From: an uncultured Candidatus Saccharibacteria bacterium
GTDB taxonomy: Bacteria; Patescibacteriota; Minisyncoccia; Phycocordibacterales; UBA918
Reading direction: 5' to 3'
Length of the DNA stretch: 64,000 nt
NCBI GenBank assembly: GCA_964552045.1
Contig: CAZKFF010000001.1
Coordinates: 64,120-128,119 of the forward strand
Shown here piece by piece: positions 28,004 through 37,328 of this stretch; the stretch's first letter is position 1, and each line of letters opens with the position of its first letter. The translations under genes were made by a program, and so were the position numbers. Below the pieces are notes generated by a model that saw only the letters and a program-made list of their open reading frames with translations, searched no databases and was not told where the DNA came from.

Positions 28004-29941
28004 TTATCGCACTTCCCACCCTCGTTCTGCGACGACTGCATACACCTTCTCCATGACGCCGTTGACCTCAGCATCGGTAAGCGTCTTTTCATGTGACTGG
28101 AACACCAGCCGGAATGCATACGATGTCCTCCCCTCTTTGGTGAAGACGTCAACCAAGGTCGTCCGCACACGCAACGGTCCTGCTGACGCATTGATGATCT
28201 CCTCGACTGCTGCCGGGTCTGTTCCCTCAGTCACCCACAGTGCGATATCGCGTGACACAGCAGGAAAAGCCGAGAACGGCTTATAGACGATCTCCTGTGC
28301 GAACGCGATCTGCTCATACGCCGTCGGCGCAGGAAGATTCGTGAACACGTCGGTAAAATTGCACTCAGCGACTCCCTTCTGTGCAGTACATCCCATTTTG
28401 GTTCCCAACTGCGCTTCGAGGGAAGCAATAACCGATGCAAGAAGCGCATCATCAGCAGGTGTGTATCCCTGCACTCTGGAACGAACGCCTACGCACAACG
28501 ATACGTGCTCGCGTATCGTGTTGGATGCTTTATGAAAAACAGTCCCTATCTCAAACACGCGCGTATCTTGCGTGCCGAGCAGATCAACAAGATTCGCATT
28601 CTTCAGAAGCACCGCTTCAATATTCTTTCGCAGCGTCGATCGGAGGTACGACTTGTCGCTTGCAAGCGCATTGCGCAGGCGTACATCATCTTTTTTGTTG
28701 AATGATGAAGTGATGACTTCTGAGAACCCAAGGGCAGTGAGTATGCCGCGCACCTGTTCACTGTAATAATGCCGGGCATTTATCTCTGCAAGCGGCACTG
28801 CCTGAGGCACTTCGGATCGTATATGGTGGTAGCCGTAGAGCCGCCCTACTTCCTCAGTGAAGTCCTCCTCGATGTTCAGGTCATTGCGTTCCCATGGCGG
28901 CACAACAGAAAGCATCCCGTCTTCCTTTTGTTCAACTGCCGTGCCGGTACGTTGTATGAAGCCGATGATCTCATCTACTGACAATGAAAGCCCGAGGAGC
29001 GCATTTACCCGTGCAGGGTCAACGTCAACCGCATGCACAGGCTTGGATACTTCCTCTTCGTCAATGGAACCGACGCATGTGCCTCCTGCGATCTCCCGGA
29101 TGAGGGTGGCCACTTCGCGCAACGCGTGCGGGATCAATTCCTGCGAGGGATCATTCTCAAACCGTTTCGAGGCGTCAATGACGATCCCAAGCCTGCGCGC
29201 AGTTTTTCTGGTGATGATCGGGTCGAAATGCGCAGCTTCAACGATGATGCGTGTGGTATGCGCATCAACACCGGCAAACGCTCCGCCTTTGACCCCGGCA
29301 AGACCGATAGGCCGGTTTGCGCTTTTATCGACGATCAGAAGCTCTGTCCCTTCAAGTACAACGATGCGGTCGCCTTCTTTCCCTCCCTCAGCAATGAGGC
29401 TCACCTCCTCCCCCAACTGCGCAAACCGGACCTCGAACTGCCAGATGCCGTCAACCTGCGGAAATTTCTCAGCATCATACGCATGGAGCGGCTGCCCCAG
29501 TGCATACATGACGTAGTTCGTGGCGTCCACGATATTGTTGATCGGGCGCTGTCCCAGCGCGATCAGACGATCCTTAAGCCACTGCGGCGATTCTTTCACT
29601 TCAATGCCCTCGATGAGTGCAGCCCCGAAGCGGGTGCAGGCGTGCATGTCCTTGATATCAACCGTAATACGGTCGAACACCGGAAGACGCTCTGTGCTCT
29701 GGAGCGGATCATGCGCAAGCGGAACACCCGTGATGCTCGCGATCTCACGCGCGATGCCGCGGTGCGAAAGGCAGTATGAGGCGCGGTCAGGAAGCACCTT
29801 CACATCAAGGACGTCATGTGCTCCAACTTTTAGGATCTCTTCCACCTCAAACACATGGAACATCAGAAGCTCCTCAAGTTTCTGTACGTCGGGAAGGTTC
29901 GGGCCGACGTAGTCTTTAAGCCACTCATGTACAACTTTCAT
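28004..29941 (-). CDS. pheT: phenylalanyl-tRNA synthetase beta subunit (short form, 645 aa)
   Basis: MKVVHEWLKDYV start. B3/4 and B5 domain region. C-terminal anticodon-binding-like domain. Directly downstream of pheS. Confidence 0.85.
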   Translation of the reverse strand: MKVVHEWLKDYVGPNLPDVQKLEELLMFHVFEVEEILKVGAHDVLDVKVLPDRASYCLSHRGIAREIASITGVPLAHDPLQSTERLPVFDRITVDIKDMHACTRFGAALIEGIEVKESPQWLKDRLIALGQRPINNIVDATNYVMYALGQPLHAYDAEKFPQVDGIWQFEVRFAQLGEEVSLIAEGGKEGDRIVVLEGTELLIVDKSANRPIGLAGVKGGAFAGVDAHTTRIIVEAAHFDPIITRKTARRLGIVIDASKRFENDPSQELIPHALREVATLIREIAGGTCVGSIDEEEVSKPVHAVDVDPARVNALLGLSLSVDEIIGFIQRTGTAVEQKEDGMLSVVPPWERNDLNIEEDFTEEVGRLYGYHHIRSEVPQAVPLAEINARHYYSEQVRGILTALGFSEVITSSFNKKDDVRLRNALASDKSYLRSTLRKNIEAVLLKNANLVDLLGTQDTRVFEIGTVFHKASNTIREHVSLCVGVRSRVQGYTPADDALLASVIASLEAQLGTKMGCTAQKGVAECNFTDVFTNLPAPTAYEQIAFAQEIVYKPFSAFPAVSRDIALWVTEGTDPAAVEEIINASAGPLRVRTTLVDVFTKEGRTSYAFRLVFQSHEKTLTDAEVNGVMEKVYAVVAERGWEVR

Positions 29942-29943
29942 AT

Positions 29944-30669
29944 TTAAAATTGATTGATGAACCTCAGGTCTCCGGAGTAAAAATGACGTACATCATCAAC
30001 TCCATATTTCATGACTCCGAGGCGGTCGATGCCCATACCGAATGCAAATCCTGAATATTCTTTCGGATCAATGCCGCAGTTGCGCAGCACGTTGGGATGC
30101 ACCATGCCGGCACCCATGATCTCGATCCAGCGGTTGGCAAGTTTGCTGTCGCTTCCCTTAAGCATCATGTCAACCTCAACCCCCGGCTCGACGAACGGGA
30201 AAAAGCTCGGACGGAACCGCACCTCAACATCGCCCCCGAAGAACTTTGAGAAGAAGTATTCAATGGTGCCCTTCAGGTGCCCCATGTGCACCCCTCTGTC
30301 GACATAGAGACCTTCGAGCTGATGAAATTGAGCTTCGTGCGTGGCATCGGTCGCTTCATTGCGGAACACCTTGCCGGGCACGATCACACGGATCGGCGGT
30401 TTGTGTGCTTCCATGTAGCGAGCCTGTACAGGTGAGGTATGCGTACGAAGGACCATTGGTTCCTGTGTATCCTCCGGAGAAAGGAAGAATGTATCCTGCA
30501 TGTCGCGCGCCGGGTGGTCCTTGGGAAAATTGAGCTGGTCAAAATTGTAGTGCTCAGTTTCAGCCTCTGGACCTTCCGCAAACACAAAACCAATCTCAGA
30601 AAAAATACTGTTGATCTCCGAGATCATCTTTGAAAGCGGATGCTGGTGTCCGTGCTGCATTGTGGCCAT
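29944..30669 (-). CDS. pheS: phenylalanyl-tRNA synthetase alpha subunit (catalytic core only, 241 aa)
   Basis: Class II motifs FPKDHPARDMQDTFFL and GFAFGMGIDRLGVMKYGVDDVRHF. Confidence 0.85.
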   Translation of the reverse strand: MATMQHGHQHPLSKMISEINSIFSEIGFVFAEGPEAETEHYNFDQLNFPKDHPARDMQDTFFLSPEDTQEPMVLRTHTSPVQARYMEAHKPPIRVIVPGKVFRNEATDATHEAQFHQLEGLYVDRGVHMGHLKGTIEYFFSKFFGGDVEVRFRPSFFPFVEPGVEVDMMLKGSDSKLANRWIEIMGAGMVHPNVLRNCGIDPKEYSGFAFGMGIDRLGVMKYGVDDVRHFYSGDLRFINQF

Positions 30670-30681
30670 ACTAACAGATTA

Positions 30682-31833
30682 TTATTGTGAAGCAATTTCG
30701 GTAAACACCTCAATATAGTATTCCCCATCCTGCACATAGATGCGTCCTCCGTCCTGCACCACATGAATATCCGTACCCGGATACAACAGCTGGGTATTCT
30801 GCCACGAACGGTCATCGACCTCTACAACGTAGAGTCCGTCCTCAAGATGCATAAGCACCAGGTCAACGCTGTCGGGAAAGAAGTCGAACCACAGGACTTT
30901 CTTGCCGAGCCGGTCGATGCGGATATCATTGCGGCAGACCCGTTCACCGATGAGCGCGTTTAAATTTGCAATCCCTTTGAACTGCTTCTGCAACGCTTCA
31001 GTGATATGCTTGCCGTACTGTGCGGTGGTCTTCTTCTCTCCCTGGTAGACCACGCAATAATAATACGGGACATCTTCAGGGTTGCCGTTCCAGGAGACAT
31101 ACACTTCTCCATCCTGTTCATAAAGTGACACATCGCGCCATGTGCGCGTAGTGGTCGCGTTCAGCAGATCAATGTACGGTATCGAAGTCGCGTGCTCTGT
31201 ATCGAAGCGGAACGGTTCGATCTCCTCTCCATGGAGCAGCTGGTGCATTTCGGTTGACGATGCGATAAGACTTGCGACATATGCATATTCCGGATTCACC
31301 ACCAGGCTCGACGTTGCTGTAGAGGACGCCAAGCGCAGCTGTGTTGTGCTCGAGGCAAAGTCGAATGCCGTTGTTGTAGCGGCATCAAAGACCACTCCAC
31401 GGCCGTCAAGCGGGTCGCTCCACTGTGTAATGATCCTGATCTGAGGAACCTTCGGCATGTTGAAGCTCGCCACCTCGGTTACAAAGTGCGCATAGACCGG
31501 CAGATTCTTCACCCATGTCTGCACGTTGTTTCCCTGCACATGAAGCCGGTGCACCCCCGCCTCAAGATTTTGGATATACGCAGCCCGCTGGAACACGCGC
31601 ATGTCATGTACCGGTTCGTTATTGACATAGATCTCGGTTGCATCAATATCATTGCGGACATAAAGTCCACCGACACTTTTGATGCTCGTGAGCTCGCTTG
31701 AGAAATCGAAGCGGTACCCGATGGCATAAAAAACAGAGAACGGGACAGCAAACAAGAACAGCGCAAGCGAGAGCAAAAAAACGAAGCGGCGCTTCTTTTG
31801 TGACAGAGGCTTCATTTCGATTGTTGGTGTCAT
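30682..31833 (-). CDS. membrane-anchored extracytoplasmic hypothetical protein, co-transcribed with the glycosyltransferase
   Basis: N-terminal TM RRFVFLLSLALFLFAVPFSVFYAIGY. Its start overlaps the GT2 stop (ATGA). Confidence 0.5.
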   Translation of the reverse strand: MTPTIEMKPLSQKKRRFVFLLSLALFLFAVPFSVFYAIGYRFDFSSELTSIKSVGGLYVRNDIDATEIYVNNEPVHDMRVFQRAAYIQNLEAGVHRLHVQGNNVQTWVKNLPVYAHFVTEVASFNMPKVPQIRIITQWSDPLDGRGVVFDAATTTAFDFASSTTQLRLASSTATSSLVVNPEYAYVASLIASSTEMHQLLHGEEIEPFRFDTEHATSIPYIDLLNATTTRTWRDVSLYEQDGEVYVSWNGNPEDVPYYYCVVYQGEKKTTAQYGKHITEALQKQFKGIANLNALIGERVCRNDIRIDRLGKKVLWFDFFPDSVDLVLMHLEDGLYVVEVDDRSWQNTQLLYPGTDIHVVQDGGRIYVQDGEYYIEVFTEIASQ

Positions 31834-33404
31834 ACGTTGCTTTTACGCGTCTTCGGCGTTACCCAGAAGCCCATGTATTTGCCGAGCATCAGGCGCGTCT
31901 GCGCATCAAGTCCGGGAATGGCGCTGAAGACGATCATGGTCGCCGGGACAAGTACCCACTGTACCGCAAGGACAATGTAACGCAAGCGGCTTTTATCTTT
32001 CGGCCGCGGCGGCAGCATTGTGAGCGAAATAATGGATGATACCACCAGACCGAACATGGCAAGAATGAGAAGGTCGCGGACCATGATCGGCAGATTATAG
32101 GAAAGCACCGTCTGATGGAACTCCTGGGTTCCGAGAAAGATTGGCGCCCAGCCGAGAAGGAAGAGCATGATGGGGTTGGTCACTAAAGACCAATAACCCT
32201 CCGCCTGCTGCAGACCGACAGTGATTCGTTTCCTGAGGGATATGTTCTTGTTCTTCGTGAAATGATAGATGATATAGGCAAAATTCTCTACGCCGTATGT
32301 CCAGCGGCGATGCTGCCTGTAAATATTCTTGATGGTGCCCCACAAGGTCGGCGCTGCATTGGCATCCATAGAGACAGGGTACGAAAGCGGTACCACGTCA
32401 TATTCTCCGTCGTTTGCCATAAGGAGATTCCAAAAGATGCGGGAATCCTCGTTGACCATATTCACCTGCCAGTACCCCACCTCATAGAGCGCCTGGAATG
32501 AAAGCGAATGGGAGGAGAATGTCGCCATGCGTTCCGGCCGCTCCTGCTGTACCATTTCCCAGAATGTCGATGACATAGCAACCACCCGGGCGATCGCAGG
32601 AGCTTCCCAAATATTGTTATTGAAGATAGGTACCGGCTGGAATGAGGTCTTCAGCGGACGCTCTGCAGTCATGAAATGCCAAATGAGGCAATTGAAGTAA
32701 TCCCTATACAGGACGGTATCAATATCGAAGATCGACACCAGTACATGGTTGTACCGTATGCCATGCGGGTCAAGAATTTTGATGCGCGCCTCTTCCGCCG
32801 CATAGGACGCGTTCGAACCTTTTCCGGCCATTTCTCCGGGCACATCTTTCGGGTGCGTGGTCACCAAGAACGAACCGAAAGTGCTCCCCCACTTCTCTTG
32901 CATTGCGCGGGCAACCTGCTGTGCCCCCTCTCCCGCGCGCTCCTCCGCAGCGAGCACGACAATAAGGCTCTTCTTGTCATACTGCACCTGTGCGAGCGAC
33001 TCGATGGTCGCATTGACGATATCCTCCGGCTCTTCATAAAAAGGCAGGATCACCATCTGATAGAGGTGGCCGTATTCAAAGCGCTCGATCATCTGCAGCC
33101 AGTTGAGCGAAAGATGGTACCGGAGGCGCTTCCAGTTGTATCGGAGATGATATGACAGGAACGCGGTCTTCAAGACCCAGTAGATGGCGAAACCGATGAT
33201 GAAATACGCTGCGGCGAACGGCGCATAGTTAGACATGAGAATGACCCCGATGAGCGTTGTCCAGGACGCAAAACCAGGCACTATCTCAAGGAAGCGGTAA
33301 AAACGACGGTCTTCCCCTACCAGTTCAGGAGCACGCCCTACTTTGAAGTCAGAACGCCGGGCATACGGAAGCAGATGCGATGAATCCTCCATAAATAATA
33401 TCAA
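31830..33404 (-). CDS. integral-membrane family-2-like glycosyltransferase (processive synthase-like)
   Basis: 524 aa. Multiple TM segments flank a cytoplasmic catalytic-like domain (VLAAEERAGEG...SIFDIDTV...), which resembles membrane GT2 polysaccharide synthases. Domain call is by resemblance only. Confidence 0.5.
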   Translation of the reverse strand: MILFMEDSSHLLPYARRSDFKVGRAPELVGEDRRFYRFLEIVPGFASWTTLIGVILMSNYAPFAAAYFIIGFAIYWVLKTAFLSYHLRYNWKRLRYHLSLNWLQMIERFEYGHLYQMVILPFYEEPEDIVNATIESLAQVQYDKKSLIVVLAAEERAGEGAQQVARAMQEKWGSTFGSFLVTTHPKDVPGEMAGKGSNASYAAEEARIKILDPHGIRYNHVLVSIFDIDTVLYRDYFNCLIWHFMTAERPLKTSFQPVPIFNNNIWEAPAIARVVAMSSTFWEMVQQERPERMATFSSHSLSFQALYEVGYWQVNMVNEDSRIFWNLLMANDGEYDVVPLSYPVSMDANAAPTLWGTIKNIYRQHRRWTYGVENFAYIIYHFTKNKNISLRKRITVGLQQAEGYWSLVTNPIMLFLLGWAPIFLGTQEFHQTVLSYNLPIMVRDLLILAMFGLVVSSIISLTMLPPRPKDKSRLRYIVLAVQWVLVPATMIVFSAIPGLDAQTRLMLGKYMGFWVTPKTRKSNV

Positions 33405-33611
33405 GTGAGTATAACGCCCTTTTTAGCATAAAAAAAGTGGCTTTTTTACAGGAATGTGTGGTTGTGCGCGTCCTAAAACTGACTTTCCTGCGTGCGGTTT
33501 CCCCTGATTATTATGGCGGCAATACGCAAATTCCTCAGAGGCACCTGTATCACCGATACAGTTCTCGTTCACTCGGTTATTTCTGCAGGCGAGCTTGCAG
33601 TATGACACTCA

Positions 33612-33667
33612 TTCGCTCGACTGTCAGACGTCAACTGACGACCCACGGTTTACTTGGACAAGCGAGC
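33612..33667 (-). pseudogene. tRNA-derived fragment (3'-half-like copy of the tRNA-Thr gene)
   Basis: ctgtcagacGTCaactgacgacccacggtttac matches the tRNA T-arm and anticodon 3' side at 33812-33844 at 30 of 33 positions (3 mismatches). It lacks a D-arm and a 5' anticodon stem. Confidence 0.35.
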
Positions 33668-33767
33668 AGACATGGAAAAGTTTACTTTTACATGTACTGC
33701 GAGTGCCGTCCAAGAAAAGATATTTACAAAATCGTTCGGAACTGTCCCGCACTTCCTTACCGCAACC

Positions 33768-33790
33768 AACTGCGCTCAGGTGGCTTTGCA
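33768..33790 (-). pseudogene. tRNA-derived fragment (5'-half-like copy: acceptor + D-arm)
   Basis: ccaactgcgctcaggtggct resembles ccaactgagctaaggtggct, the 5' end of the tRNA-Thr. It is followed by a degenerate anticodon-loop-like ACGATTTTGTAAAT. Confidence 0.3.
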
Positions 33791-33805
33791 ACATAAAAGC
33801 CTCAG

Positions 33806-33878
33806 AGCCACCTGTCAGACTTGAACTGACGACCCACGGTTTACAAAACCGTTGCTCTACCAACTGAGCTAAGGTGGC
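33806..33878 (-). tRNA. tRNA-Thr (anticodon UGU)
   Basis: Cloverleaf readable on the minus strand: acceptor GCCACCT/AGGTGGC, D-arm GCTC-AGTTGGT-AGAGC, anticodon arm ACGGT-TTTGTAA-ACCGT, T-arm GTCAG-TTCAAGT-CTGAC, discriminator U. CCA is not encoded. An 18-bp extended inverted repeat flanks the gene. Confidence 0.8.
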
Positions 33879-33951
33879 TCTGAGGCTTTTATACTCGCTC
33901 AGAAATTGAGTCGCACCATTATTGCAACTTTTTTTAAAATTGCAACGTGCG

Positions 33952-34362
33952 CTAATGTGATAACCGCTCCTTTCTCTCCTCCTGGCTCAACGCAACTTCT
34001 TCCTTATGTTCTGCAATAGCGTCAAGGTGATTCCTCGTTTTCGACTCGCGTATATCTTTGGCCACTTTCCTGTTCTTTCGGACGAGCTCTTCGACCCTGC
34101 TTTCAAGCGCCCGCAGTGCTGTAAGCAGACGCTTGAGGATCGTGTGCGCTCCGTAATGGAGCAGAAGACGCATGAATCCATGAGTGAAGAAAGAGGTCGC
34201 TTTCTGTATGTGCTGCTGTATGAACGCAAGCGCCCTGTCAAAGGATTCACGCACACGCGGAAGGAGGATCCTTCTGCCCTGTATATCCTCTACCACATAC
34301 AGCAGGGTCAGCAGCAACAGCACTGCAATACTTGTCCCCATGTATGCGAGCGCAGTTACCAT
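33952..34362 (-). CDS. small membrane-anchored hypothetical protein downstream of tsf
   Basis: N-terminal TM MVTALAYMGTSIAVLLLLTLLYVV. Overlaps the tsf stop. Confidence 0.4.
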   Translation of the reverse strand: MVTALAYMGTSIAVLLLLTLLYVVEDIQGRRILLPRVRESFDRALAFIQQHIQKATSFFTHGFMRLLLHYGAHTILKRLLTALRALESRVEELVRKNRKVAKDIRESKTRNHLDAIAEHKEEVALSQEERKERLSH

Positions 34363-34363
34363 A

Positions 34364-34948
34364 CTATTTTACAGATAGGCGGCGCACCTCTGTGAGTTGC
34401 ACGTTCTCGCCGAACTTTTGAACTGCGCCGGTTATGAGTTCACCGATGGTCGTGTCCGGATTTTTTATGAATGGCTGCTCAAGCAGTATCTGCTCCTTGA
34501 AGTAGGCATTGAGCTTTCCTTCGAGGATCTTCTCCTGCATGTCTGCGGGCTTGTCTGCGATCTCGGAAGCGAAGACCTCTTTAGCCTTCGAGAGTGCCTG
34601 TTGGTCAACCTCTGCCCGTGAGATGAACTTCGGATTGAGTGCAGCAACGTGCATTGCGATTTCGCGTGCAAGAGCGATGAACTCCTCGTTCTTGGAGACG
34701 AAGTCCGTCTCGCATGAAAGGAGGACCATCGCGGCAACCTCATTCGTATTGTGCACATAGGAACCGATCGTACCTGCCGCAAGTTCGCGGTCAGCCTTTT
34801 TCTCAGCTGCTTCGCTGCGCTTCTTCTTGAGAATGATAAGCGCCTTTTCCATATCTCCTGCTGCCTCCTCGAGCGCTTTCTTGCACTGCATGACCGATAT
34901 GCCTGTCTGGTCGCGCAGCTCCTTTATTTGTGTTGATGTGATCTCCAT
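34364..34948 (-). CDS. tsf: elongation factor Ts (short form)
   Basis: MEITSTQIKELRDQTGISVMQCKKALEEAAGDMEKALIILKKK is the UBA-like N-terminus of EF-Ts. Lies downstream of rpsB. Confidence 0.85.
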   Translation of the reverse strand: MEITSTQIKELRDQTGISVMQCKKALEEAAGDMEKALIILKKKRSEAAEKKADRELAAGTIGSYVHNTNEVAAMVLLSCETDFVSKNEEFIALAREIAMHVAALNPKFISRAEVDQQALSKAKEVFASEIADKPADMQEKILEGKLNAYFKEQILLEQPFIKNPDTTIGELITGAVQKFGENVQLTEVRRLSVK

Positions 34949-34998
34949 AGATACAAATGTACTAAAACTGGTAAGTATTCCCCTCTGTCCGGGAAATG

Positions 34999-35766
34999 CT
35001 ATCGTCGGTCAGCAGCTGGGCGGGGTGCGCGGCGCACCTCAGGGCGCGTTGTGCGCACTGGTGCAGGCGTGTAGTTCTTGCGTCCTTCAAGATACGCTGA
35101 GGTGAGTTCATCCAAAGCAAGCGCAACGCTTGACGTAAGCGCGTCGTTGAGCACAACCGGCTTCGTTACTTTGGACGCGTCGCAGTCTGAGCTCATGATG
35201 GCTACAACAGGAATTCCCATATCTGTTGCCTCCTGCACCGCTATGAAGTCATGACGAGGATCTACAACCAAAAGAATGTGCGGAAGACGATCCATTTTCT
35301 GGATGCCGCCGAAGTTGAATTCGAGCTTATTGATCTCGCGGCCGATGACCACGCGCTCTTTTTTGATGTATTTGCGTTCGAGTTCTCCTGATTCGCGCTC
35401 AGAGACGAGTGCCTTGAACCGTTCGATCCGCTTGCGGATTTCGCTGAAGTTCGTAAGAACCCCGCCGATCCACCGGTTTACGACAACTGGCATCTCCGCC
35501 TTTGCAGCATATTCGCGCACCACCGAAGCCACCTCGTCTTTGGTACCGACGTAGAGTACAGTCTTGCCCTGCTCTCCTGCCTCTTTGAGCATCTGCTTGG
35601 CGTCTTCAATAAGCGCAGCAGTCTGCTCCAGATCAATGATATCTGTGCCGAGCTTGTTGCCGAAAATATACGGGGTGATGGTCGGGTGGCGACGGCTCTT
35701 GGTAAAACCAAAATGTGCGCCGGCATTGAAAAGTCGTTCAATGAGCGATGAATTGTTTTCTGACAT
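34999..35766 (-). CDS. rpsB: 30S ribosomal protein S2
   Basis: LFNAGAHFGFTKSRRHPTITPYIFG... is a typical S2 N-terminus. Basic C-terminal tail. Confidence 0.9.
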   Translation of the reverse strand: MSENNSSLIERLFNAGAHFGFTKSRRHPTITPYIFGNKLGTDIIDLEQTAALIEDAKQMLKEAGEQGKTVLYVGTKDEVASVVREYAAKAEMPVVVNRWIGGVLTNFSEIRKRIERFKALVSERESGELERKYIKKERVVIGREINKLEFNFGGIQKMDRLPHILLVVDPRHDFIAVQEATDMGIPVVAIMSSDCDASKVTKPVVLNDALTSSVALALDELTSAYLEGRKNYTPAPVRTTRPEVRRAPRPAADRR

Positions 35767-35952
35767 GCGTAATGATTACTGATCCAAACTGTCCTTGTTA
35801 ACTAATAAACTGGTGCATAAGGATACATCGAGGTGGCTTTTCAGTGCCGCACGAGCCTTATTGACAGTTCTCAGGTGTCTGGAGATTGTATCCGGAACAA
35901 AGAAAGTGCCCGGTACAAGCGGGGGCAATACTACCACACCATATGGCGCGTT

Positions 35953-36924
35953 TCAACCCTCAAGCGCGGCTGCATCACGCAGCGCCTCGAGCATATCGTC
36001 GAGCTCTCCTGCAAACGTACTCTCAATTGAGTGCCACGATTCCTTGATCCGGTGATCCGTGATGCGGTTTTGCGGGAAATTGTACGTGCGGATCTTTTCA
36101 GAGCGGTCGCCCGTACCGATCTGGTTCTTGCGGGTGCTCGCATGGGTTTTCGCCTCTTCTTCCTCATGCAGGGCTTCAAGTTTCGCGATCAGAATAGCCA
36201 TCGCCTTTTCCTTATTCTTGAGCTGAGACCGTTCCGACTGGCTGCGGACATCGATGCCGGTCGGCTTGTGGATGAGCCGGACAGCAGTCTCAACCTTATT
36301 GACGTTCTGTCCGCCAGCGCCGCCAGAACGGGAAAATTCCATCTCTATGTCACCGGCATTGACCTCGATGGTTGGCTTCTTGCGCAGCGGCAATATGGCA
36401 ACCGATGCGGTCGATGTATGGATGCGGCCGGCTTTTTCTGTGACCGGGACACGCTGAACGCGATGGACGCCCGTTTCGTACCGGAGCGCATCATATGCAT
36501 CGGGGTGGAGTATCTCGAATGTCGCTTCCTTATAACCGCCGCTTTGGGCGAACGATTCGGAGTTCACTGTCTTTTGCCATCCTCGTTTCTCGGCGTATTT
36601 CAGATACATCGATGCGAGCTCTGAAGCGAACAGAGCTGCCTCATCGCCTCCCGCTCCTGCGCGGACCTCAAGGATGATACCGTACGGCTTTGCCTCCTCC
36701 TCTTTTGAGGATTCGATGATCGCATCCATCTCGGCGAACATGCTCTGCAGCTGCTGCTGAATCGTTGCGATCTCTTCGTTCGCGAGTTCCGCCATCTCGG
36801 GATCAGAATCCGCGAGCGCTTGCGCGTCTGCGAGCTTCTGCGTGTACGCATCGAACTGGGACGCGAGGAATTGCGTTTTGTGATTCTCCCGGAATTCCGC
36901 TAATTTTTCCTGATCAAACTCCAT
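35953..36924 (-). CDS. prfA: peptide chain release factor 1 (short form)
   Basis: GGQ motif [18 protein letters not shown]. Codon-recognition tripeptide P-V-T (RVQRVPVTE) is RF1-type, not the SPF of RF2. Confidence 0.8.
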   Translation of the reverse strand: MEFDQEKLAEFRENHKTQFLASQFDAYTQKLADAQALADSDPEMAELANEEIATIQQQLQSMFAEMDAIIESSKEEEAKPYGIILEVRAGAGGDEAALFASELASMYLKYAEKRGWQKTVNSESFAQSGGYKEATFEILHPDAYDALRYETGVHRVQRVPVTEKAGRIHTSTASVAILPLRKKPTIEVNAGDIEMEFSRSGGAGGQNVNKVETAVRLIHKPTGIDVRSQSERSQLKNKEKAMAILIAKLEALHEEEEAKTHASTRKNQIGTGDRSEKIRTYNFPQNRITDHRIKESWHSIESTFAGELDDMLEALRDAAALEG

Positions 36925-37008
36925 AGTGAATAAACATAAGCATACAACAAAAAGCGCCCGCGTGTCGTAAAAGTCTTTGACCGTACGATGCGCGTGCGCT
37001 TTGTATCG

Positions 37009-37275
37009 TTACGCCTTCTTCTTGCGCGAAGCAAGCGATGCGCGTGCCTTGAACCGTTCAACACGTCCTGCAGTATCCATCACTTTTTCCTGTCCGGTGT
37101 AGAACGGATGTGAGGCGCTTGAAACGTCGATATACGCAATCGGATATTCCTTGCCGTCCTCCCACTTGTCTGTGGCTTCAGTATCAATGGTGGATCCAAC
37201 AAGAAAACGGGTTCCACTTGAGTTGTCGTGGAAGATCACGAGTCGGTATTTTTCCGGGTGAATGTCTGTTTTCAT
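37009..37275 (-). CDS. rpmE: 50S ribosomal protein L31
   Basis: [10 protein letters not shown]... is an L31 N-terminus. ATG at 37273-37275; the ORF track extends upstream. Confidence 0.8.
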   Translation of the reverse strand: MKTDIHPEKYRLVIFHDNSSGTRFLVGSTIDTEATDKWEDGKEYPIAYIDVSSASHPFYTGQEKVMDTAGRVERFKARASLASRKKKA

Positions 37276-37328
37276 GGCCAGTACTATAACAAATAAATGT
37301 ATTTTGACAAGAACGCAGGCACAGAGCA

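Noticed and set aside
33437-33867. ORFs 33437..33796(+) and 33595..33867(+) across the tRNA region
   Set aside because: They run through a tRNA gene and tRNA-derived fragments. The composition is not protein-like.
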